Assembly (NCBI GenBank): GCA_002104945.1
Contig: MCFH01000001.1
Coordinates: 62,001 to 126,000 of the forward strand
Reading direction: 5' to 3'
Source: Piromyces finnis finn
Lineage: Eukaryota; Fungi; Neocallimastigomycota
Length of the DNA: 64,000 nt
In this document: one piece after another, positions 55,047 to 64,000 of the stretch
How positions within the stretch are numbered: the first letter of the stretch is position 1
Layout: each line of letters starts with the position of its first letter
The notes under the pieces: model-generated
What the model saw: only the letters and a program-made list of their open reading frames with translations
What the model was told of the DNA's origin: nothing
Databases searched by the model: none
Program-made: the position numbers and the translations under genes

Positions 55047-58000
55047 GAAATAAATGCAAGAAGCAACCCTCGTGATATAAAAAGGGTAGAAGTCTTGTAT
55101 GATACTGGTTCCACTACTAACCTCATCCATCCAAATTTGGCAAAGAAGCTCGGGTTGAAGGTAGTGGATAAACCAGCCATATTTAGAACTGTTAATGGAG
55201 ATATCGAGTTAAAACAGTTCTCAGACGACTTGCAGTTGAAGTTGTGGTTAAGTCCATCTGGTGAACAGGAAGCTAAACCATACTGTTTCAACACAAGCTG
55301 TCACCTGTCCGACAACATGCCGGAGATGATCATCGTGGGACTGGGCTTCATGGATGAGCACTTTATCTACAGAGGTTATGATAAAGATGCGCAAGTGAGG
55401 TACTTCGTAGTGGATAATGATAATGATAAAGGACATACCAACAGTTATGGTATAAACGATGGTGATATCTACTACTGTACTCAATTAAGTCCCATAACTA
55501 CAGTTACTAATGCAAAGGCAAGAAGGCCTCTGGTAACTGTAACTGCGGAAAACATAGAAGCCGAAATCGTGGGTAATGGTAGCCACAAGGCTGCAAGAGA
55601 ACCCAGGGACGGAAGTTCCGGAGGGTTGGCATTTGAATCCAACTTAGAGAAAACTTGTGTTTCAGGAAGGTTGGTACAAGAGTCAAACTTAGAGAAAAAT
55701 CACATTTACGTAGGATTGGTACAGGAAGAAAACTTAAACGAAAACCAACCTACGCCTGAAGAAATTGTGGAGAAGTACTACCACAATTTCAAGGAAGCAT
55801 TTAATGAAGAAATAGCAAACCAGCTACCAGAACATCGTCCTTACGACTGTAAGATCGACCTGGAGCCGGATGCTAGTCTTCATAAAGGGCCTATATATCC
55901 CTTCAACCCAGAAGAAGAGAAAGCACTGAAGGAATATATAGAGGAAAACCTGGCAAAGGGCTTCATCAGGAAGTCAGAGAGTCCTGCAGGTTATCTTGTG
56001 TTGTTCGTGCCCAAAAAGAGTGGTGAAAGGCGATTATGTACTGACTACAGGCGTCTTAATAAGGTGACAGTGCGTAACTCCTTCCCTTTACCACTTATCA
56101 GTCAAGTCTTTGAGGCTATGAAAGGTGCGACTATCTTCTCCAAGCTGGATTTGAAGTCCGCCTATAACCTCGTGCGTATTCGTGAAGGTGACGAATACAA
56201 GACGGCATTCTCAACCAAGTTTGGGCATTACGAATATCTAGTGATGCCATTTGGGTTGACTAATGCTCCTGCCACGTTCCAAGGGTTCATTAATACAGTG
56301 TTGGCAGAGGAAATCAATGACTGCTGTCAGGTGTACTTGGATGATATCATCATCTACTCCAAGTCACTTGAAGAGCATGTAGGGCATGTAAAAAGAGTCC
56401 TACAAAAGCCAATAGACAATCGTCTAGTAGCTAAGTTAGCGAAGTGTGAGTTCCACAAGGAAGAACTTGCATTCCTGGGTCACGTAGTTGGAAAATATGG
56501 TATTAAAACCGACCCAGAGAAGTTAAAAGCTGTAGCAAGTTGGCCACAACCAACCAACCTCAAAGAACTACAGTCATTCCTTGGATTCTGCAACTATTAT
56601 AGGAAGTTTATAAAGGACTTCTCTAAGATAGCAAGGCCGTTATATGCTATGACGTCCAAAAAGGTACAGTTCCTGTGGAATGAAGAACGTATTCAGGCGT
56701 TTGAAAAATTAAAAGAAATGCTACTAGCTCCACCAGTACTAGCATATCCTGACCACGACCGTCAGTTTATAGTGGAGTGTGACGCTAGTAACTACGCAGT
56801 TGGTGGCGTATTGTCACAACTCGGTGATGACAACGAACTACACCCTGTGTATTACTACTCCAAAAAGCTTACGAAAGCAGAAATCAACTACACCATCACA
56901 GAAAAGGAGTTGTTGGCTATTAGAAATGCTTTCATTGAGTGGCGACACCTGTTGATGGGTGCGAAACATAAGGTCCTAGTATATAGTGACCACAGGAACC
57001 TCCTATTCGCCACAAAACCACAGTTGTTAACAGAAAGACAGGCAAGATGGCAAGAGCTGTTTGCTGCATACAACTTCGAAATAATATATCGGCCAGGGAA
57101 AATGAATGGTAGAGCATCTGGGAAAAGATAAGACTTATGACCTGATAGCCAGAAACTACTACTGGCCAAAAATGAAGGATGACGTTGCGGGTTATATAAA
57201 AGCTTGCACTATATGTTGTACCCAAAAGGACAACAGGCACAAGCCGTACGGTAGCGCTGCTAGGGTAAATGTTGCAGATCTACCTTGGCAAGAAGTAGAA
57301 ATTGACTTCCTGACGGATCTACCTATCAAGGAACGAAGAAAACCAGGTGGTGATCCTTCAGAACCACCAGAAGTCACTAGAAGGGGTTGTATCATGGTTT
57401 GTAGCGACAAATTAACCAAAATGATACACTTAGTGGGGTTTAGATTATGCCTACTGCTAAAGAAACAGCCTTAGCATACTTACAACATGTATTCAAGTTA
57501 CATGGTTGTCTCAAATCGGTTACTACGGATCGTGGTGTCCAGTTCACTAGTAAGTTGTGGAAGGACATTATGGGGTTCTTTGGCGTAGAAGTAAACCTTG
57601 CTACCACTAGCCATCACGAAACGGTTGGTCAGGTAGAACGTAACAACTCCTACGTAAGTATGTACCTTAGATGCTTTGTGAAGACCTTTGATGATGATGA
57701 ATGGTTGAAGTACTTGTACTTGGCTGAGTTCTGCTATAATAATGCAGTACACAGTTCTACCAAGCAGTCCCCATTCTTAGCTTTGTATAACTACCAGGTA
57801 CATATGAACCCACAAGACTCAGAGCTTGTCCACTCACTCGGTGAAGCACCTGTATTAGATAGCTTTGCCCATAACTTAGGTAACTTAAAGTACATGCTGG
57901 ACATATCAAGAACACGGTTCTTAGACCACTTGGACCATAGGAGAGAACTTAACTACCCAAAAATTAGGCTCATGGATTTGGTGTGGTTAAGAAAACCAGA

Positions 58001-58421
58001 AAATTACAACCCTCTTCCCTTCTACAAGCTACAAGCAAGGAAGTACTGTCCCTTCAAGGTTATTGGAATCGACGAAAGCAAGCTTAACTACCGGTTAGAC
58101 ATTAGCAAATCCCCTTTCCCGAACGTTTACCCTGTGTTTCATATCAGTGAGTTAGAACCCTACCACTATAAACCAGAAGAACTAACACCTGCACCAGAGG
58201 GCTACCAGAAGATAATAAAAATCCTCAATGCAAGAAGAAAAAAGGACGTCTACCAGTATTTAGCCACCTTCAGCGACTATAGGCAAGAGTGGGTAGATGC
58301 TGATATCATTGACAAGAACGCCCACTATGATAAACTACTAAAGGAATTTCAAGATAAATGCTACCAGGAATTCATGGTTAGTGTCCAAAACCTTGCCTAG
58401 GTTTTCTCCTTAGGGGGGCAT
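55047..58421 (+). mobile_element. Family-B gypsy internal region (protease, RT, RNase H, integrase, degenerate chromodomain), 5'-truncated
   Basis: LYDTGST, YLDD, VECDAS, integrase core and GPY/F-like module. An internal deletion lies at about 57113. PPT AGGGGGGCA precedes the LTR. Confidence 0.92.
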
Positions 58422-58715
58422 TGTAAGAAATATTTGTGGCCATAAGTTTGCCCACAAATATTTCAATTGAAACCATATATTCTGGTTACCATCTATTGGC
58501 CAGATATATACATAACCATATATTAATAGTTATTAATTAAATAGGAAGTTTATTTGTTTTACCCAGTCAAGTGGTAAAGAAAATAAACTAGTATAGTTAA
58601 ATAGCATAGCTAAAACTAACGTTAAATACTTTAGCGTTAGTATTAAAGTAAATTAATAGCTATAATAATAATTAATGTATGATAATTATAAAAAATAAAT
58701 AAAAGATATAATTAG
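58422..58715 (+). mobile_element. 3' LTR of the family-B element (truncated)
   Basis: TGTAAGAAATATTTGTGGCC directly after the PPT; matches the 62-1994 LTR. Confidence 0.88.
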
Positions 58716-58956
58716 AATATAATTACTAATAATCTAAGTCTTCTTATTTTCTACTAAAAAATATTATTATTCTTTATATTAAAAATTATTTTTATAATTT
58801 AACCCAATCAAATATATAAATTTATAAAATATTTGATTTTATGTAAATTATATTTTTATAATAAACTATATAAAATTATTTAATAATTATTTTATAATAA
58901 AATTTTCTACTAATATCAAATGTATAATATATTTATAATTATTATTTATCATGTTT

Positions 58957-59635
58957 TGTAAGAATTTAATATATAACTTTAATTATATATGTACATTCTT
59001 AACTACAATGTAATAATACACTGTAAGTAATATAATAATATAACTATATTCACAAAATAATTAATACGTATCTTTAATGTTTTGTTTTATTCTTATTTTA
59101 AATTATTGAATAATTTTTTTTTAAAAAATTTTTATTAAAACTTCTCTTAATAAGTTTTGAGTTTATTTTTTCTTACTAAGAAAAAATAATAACTCTTGAA
59201 TTTTTTAATTAAATTCAGGAGTTGTTTTATTTATAAGAATTTTAAAATTTTGGGTTAAATTAAAGAATTTTCTAGTCTAACAAATAAATCTTCTAGGGAA
59301 AGACTAGATAAGAAAACCCTAGAAGAATTTCGATTAATAATCTATTCTTATTAATCACCGAATAATTAAATCAAAACCTATTTGTGATAGGAAAAATATT
59401 TAATATCCGGTTCCTATCAATTTTACTTTAATTTTAATTTAGATAATAAAATAAACTAAGTAATTAAATAAAATGTTTAATATAATTAAACTAAAACTAC
59501 AATTTAATTTACATTACAAATATTACATAATAAGTATTGTTACATTTATAAAATATTAATAAAATAAAACATGAAAAATGTATACATTTTAATAAGAAAT
59601 ATAGAATTACTTAAGTTTAATTCTAATTTCTTACA
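58957..59635 (-). mobile_element. 3' LTR of gypsy family F (about 679 bp)
   Basis: It starts TGTAAGAAATT right after the purine tract AGAAGAGGCAA at the end of the integrase ORF. An 8-bp terminal inverted repeat TGTAAGAA lies at 58957, but this left end is less certain. Confidence 0.7.
59271..59411 (-). ncRNA. Structured cis-RNA module, copy 3, inside the F LTR (U3)
   Basis: Minus strand: ACCG...ATTAAAT-A-UUUUU-CCTAT-cacaa-ATAGG-UUUU-G-ATTTAAT...CGGT. Pseudoknot pairings are TCTTCTAGGG/CCCTAGAAGA and TCTAGTCT/AGACTAGA. Confidence 0.75.
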
Positions 59636-60585
59636 TTGCCTCTTCTGATGAGTCAATTAGATCCGAATTTCTTTCTATGTATGGTTCTAGCTGAGAAATA
59701 TGGAAAATTGGGTGAAGATGTAAATTCTCTGAAAGATCTAATTTATAATTAAGTCTTGCTCGTACTTCTGCGATTCTGAATGGTCCTAGGAATTGATTAG
59801 AAAGTTTCTTGGCTGGTTCATTTGTAAAATAATATCTTCTTACCCATACTTTGTCATTAACAGCAAATTTGGGTCCGAGTGATTTTCTCTTGTCTCCATA
59901 CTTCTTGTAGTCACTTTTTGCTTTTATTAAATGCTCCTTCAATGCTTCAAAATGTGAGTGCCAGTCTCTTGTAAGGACAGATGCACTATCCTTAAGAAGA
60001 ACAGGTGGGTCACTGATATTGCATGATGGGTTAAAACCATAATTTGCGAAGTATGGTGACTTACCGATTGACTTATGCATAGCGTTATTGTAAGCCATTT
60101 CGCATAGAGGAAGATAAAAGCACCAGTCAGTCTGAGCAGAAGAACAGTAGCATCTAAGGTATTGTTCGATTACAGAGTTTGCTCTTTCCACCTGCCCATT
60201 AGATTGTTGGTGGTGAGCAGTAGCTAATTGAGGTTGAACAGAGAGAGCATAACATAGTGAAGTCCAGAATTCTGAAGAAAACTGGGAACCATGGTCAGAA
60301 ACTATTATCTTCGGGAGACCATGGTAACGGAACACATTGGCCAAAAGAAGTCTTGCAGTCAGATCGGCAGTAGGGACATCAGTACAAGGAATTAAATGTA
60401 CCATTTTAGTCAAATGGTCAGATACCACCATAATGCAGGTGCAATTTTGGGAACTTGGAAGATATACTATGAAATCTACACCTATAATTTCCCAAGGACG
60501 ATTTGGGACAGGTAATGGGATTAACTTACCGTAAGGTTGGTGTCTTCTTGTTTTGCATTTCGAACAGACTTCACAAGAAAGAACG
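59631..60585 (-). pseudogene. Family-F integrase (no chromodomain), interrupted at 60585 by the A3 insertion
   Basis: CEVCSKCKTRRHQPYG, IVSDHGSQF, QSNGQVER and LGPF...HPIFHISQLEPY. Confidence 0.9.
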
Positions 60586-63500
60586 TGTAATGTTGGACAC
60601 TGGAAGAATAGATTAGGATATCTATTCTATTACAATAACACTAAAATTTGAAATAAAAAAAATTGTTTTTATAAAAATATCTTTTATTATAATAGAAATT
60701 TTATTAATAACAATTACATCGATCAAAATGATGAAAAATATCTTCTATTTATATTTTTCCTAAATACATTTATATTATATTATAACTATTTATTTCTTAT
60801 ATATTATTATTTAAAATCTACATTAAAATCTTAATTGTTAATAAATATTTAAACTATAACTATTTTTAGTAAAATACAATTGGCAATTCAAATTAAGTAC
60901 CATTCAATTTGAATATGTGCCCATGTATTATTGATATATTAATCATTTATTATTTATATATTATTTATCTATTTCTATGAAAAAACAATACTAAAACTAG
61001 GGATTTAAATTGAGAATTTTAATTTACTTGTTAAACATTAAAAATAAATTAATAATTTATTTTGTTTTAAACTTTAATTATTAATAAATAAATTATGTCT
61101 CATTTTCTTTTTCTGAATAATTTGTGTAACTTAAACAATAATACTTATGGCTAAAGTTACATTAAAGATATCAAGTTGAGGCGTTTGATATCTTTACAAT
61201 CTCTCTCTCTAAGTCGAGCTCCTGCGAGATTAATTTATAGGGAATTTTTTCTCGAAGGAATTTCAATTACAAATGGTTGGTATCTGTGCTTGATTAGATT
61301 GCCAACTTTATTCTTTCTAATTTTCATGGAGGAGTCGCTCGACTTATGTTTTGACTTTTTAGAGTTTCTTTCAAACTCTTGTATTAATTGTTTATCTGGA
61401 ATCTGATCTTCAGAAATCCAAGTGGATTTGTCAAATCCTTTCCATGATAACTTATAAAATGTTTCACCATTAACAGATTTCATCTTCTCAAATTTCTCTG
61501 TTATTTTTTCAATCAAATCTGTGTTAAGGTGAATGTTCCTCTTCCTACGATTAGACCTGTCGTTAAACTCGTTTTCAAAGTATGGTTCTAACAATGAGAC
61601 ATGAAAGACTGGATGACATCTCATTGTCTTTGGAAGTTTCAATTTGAAAGCGAGAGAACTAACTTTTTCAATTATCTCAAATGGGCCAAGCATTTGAGGT
61701 GCTAATTTTTTCTTTAAGTTAGTTCCAGGAGAATCTTTCAATAACCATACTTTCTTTCCCACTTCGAACTCCGGGGGACTCATTCTTTTCATATCGGCAT
61801 ATTTCTTATATGTTTCTTTTGCTTTTTCTAAGTTTTCTTTTAATAATTTAAAGTTTTCATTCATATCAATTACTCTTTGTTCAGCTCTACTAGGTCTATC
61901 ATTAGCTGGAATTTCTAAGCTGAACTTTGGATGAAAACCATAATTAGCAAAGAATGGGGATTGATTTATAGATTGCTGTAAAGTATTATTATATGCAAAT
62001 TCAGCAAATGGGATAAGATCAACCCAGTTATTCTGCTTTTTATTTATAAAACAACGGAAATATTGTTCTAATATGCCGTTCACCCTCTCCGTTTGACCAT
62101 CTGTCTGCGGATGGTTAGCAGTCGATAATGAATGATTAATATTAAGAAGGTCACAAAGTCTTAACCAAAAATCAGAAGTAAATTGCGAGCCTCTATCAGA
62201 GATGATGGAATCAGGAAGACCATGCAAACGGAAGACATTAGCAATAAAAACATCAGCAGCAATCGAAACGGTAGGAAGACAACGTAAAGGAATAGCGTGA
62301 GCAAATTTAGTAAATCTATCGACAACAACCATAAGAGTTGTCATATCTCTGGACTTAGGAAGATCAACAATAAAATCAATAGAAATATCAGACCAGGGCC
62401 TACTGGGAGTGTCCAAAGGGGATAACAATCCATAAGGCTTATATCTGGGGACTTTGGATTTGCAACAAGTCACGCAAGATTTGATAAAAGATTTAACGTC
62501 TGAATGAAATCTTGGCCACCAAAAGTTTCTGGAAATCATTTCAGTGGTTTTCTTAATACCGAAATGACCAGCAGCAACAGAATCATGATGAAGCTCCAAA
62601 ATTCTTGTCCTAAGAGATTTAGGAACATAAATAAGATTATTATATAACAAAAATCCTTCATCATCAAAAATAACTTTATCAATATTTTTAATAGGTGCAT
62701 TTCCTGTAGAATCATTCATTTTAAATTTGACAATGGAATTATACAAATCATCATTTTTAAGTTCTAATAAAATAGAATCGATTAACGGTTTGTTATCGCT
62801 ATGATGGAGCGAAATAGAAAGACAAGAAACATCAGGATTAATAACATTCACTAAATGATCACTTCTACGAGACAGGATATCAGGCTTACCTGATTTCTTT
62901 CCAGCTCTATAAATGAGTTTAAAATCAAATCTGGATAAGAACAAATTCCATCTAATTTGTCTCTGAGATAACATTTCAGGTTTTCTAGGAAATGTTAAAT
63001 TCTTGTGATCAGTATAAATTATGAACGGATGGCGTGCACCTTCTAAATAATGACGCCATTCTTCAAGTACAACTACAATAGCTAAAAGTTCCTCGTCATA
63101 TATAGGATAGTTTCTTTGACAGCTTGTCAAACTTTTAGAAAGAAATGCAATAGGATGTAATTTGCCATCAAACTCTTGAGAGAGAATAGCACCGACAGCA
63201 TAGTTACTAGCATCAGTTTCTACAATAAATTGTTTATTACTATCCGCATGTTTCAGAATAGGAGCTGACGTGAACAAAGTTTTTAATAAAATAAAAGCGT
63301 CCTGATCTTCTTTCACCCAGTTAAAAGCAACATTCTTTCTAGTGAGTTTGTGAAGAGGGTTTGCAACTTTAGCAAAGTCTTTAATAAAAATTCTGTAGTA
63401 GTTGCATAAACCAATAAAAGACTGAACCTCTTTAACATTCTTGGGAACCGGCCAATCGAGAATTGCTTTAACTTTATTCTCATCCATTTGCAACCCATCT

Positions 63501-64000
63501 TTTGAAATGACATAACCAAGAAAAGTGGTTTTCTTAACATCAAACTCACATTTTTCTAATTTAACATAAAGATTATTTTCAAGTAGTTTCTTAAGTACCT
63601 TTTTAACATGCACATGATGTTCTTCGATATTATTAGAATAAATAAGAATATCATCAATATATGAGATAACAAAATCATCTAAATAATCACTAAGGACATC
63701 GTTAATGAAGTGTTGAAAAGTTGCAGATGCATTTTTTCAATCCAAAAGGCATAACTAGATATTCAAAATGACCATATCTAGTACGAAAAGCCGTTTTGTA
63801 TTCATCACCTTCTTTAATACGAACAAGATTATAAGCGGATTTAAGGTCTAATTTAGTAAAAATCTTAGCATTTTTCACCCTATCCATAAGGTCACTTATT
63901 AAGGGTAAAGGATATGAATTACGAATTGTAATATCATTCAACTTTCTATATTCGATACAAAGTCTTAGGGAGCCATCATTCTTTTTAACAAATAAAATTG
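60586..64000 (-). mobile_element. Family-A copy 'A3' (3' LTR 60586-61198, pol 61235 to the window end), RT frameshifted
   Basis: Reverse complement of about 47570-50952. ORF 61235-63613 is intact from late RT to the C-terminus; a +1 frameshift lies near 63735. Confidence 0.95.

Overview
A very AT-rich eukaryotic window made almost entirely of nested LTR retrotransposons, with no recognisable host gene. The composition, Asn-rich ORFs and apparent absence of RIP suggest an anaerobic gut fungus (Neocallimastigomycota); this is inference only. Two insertions are intact and young: a Ty1/copia at 30327-36320 (-; TSD ATTTC, identical LTRs, one 1817-aa ORF) and a Ty3/gypsy chromovirus-like element, 'family A', at 44770-50952 (+; TSD CTAGT, one 1529-aa ORF). 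Around them lie a decayed copia (15121-20219), a near-complete chromovirus 'C' (22065-27668), several broken gypsy copies, solo LTRs with TSDs and tandem arrays. Family letters are my own labels. The most notable signal is a conserved structured-RNA module in three divergent copies (14450-14587, 21377-21513, 59271-59411), lying in the U3 region of a gypsy LTR family ('F'). On the minus (transcribed) strand it folds into an ENE-type U-rich internal-loop hairpin, a short hairpin and an H-type pseudoknot, and the stems show compensatory changes between copies. Other points: half-tRNA-Lys(CUU) primer sites in both copias, Tf1-type self-priming in two gypsy families, a tRNA-like A/B-box module inside an LTR, a -1 frameshift signal, and a coiled-coil ORF bracketed by long inverted repeats. 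All alignments and folds were done by eye, so fragment boundaries are approximate.
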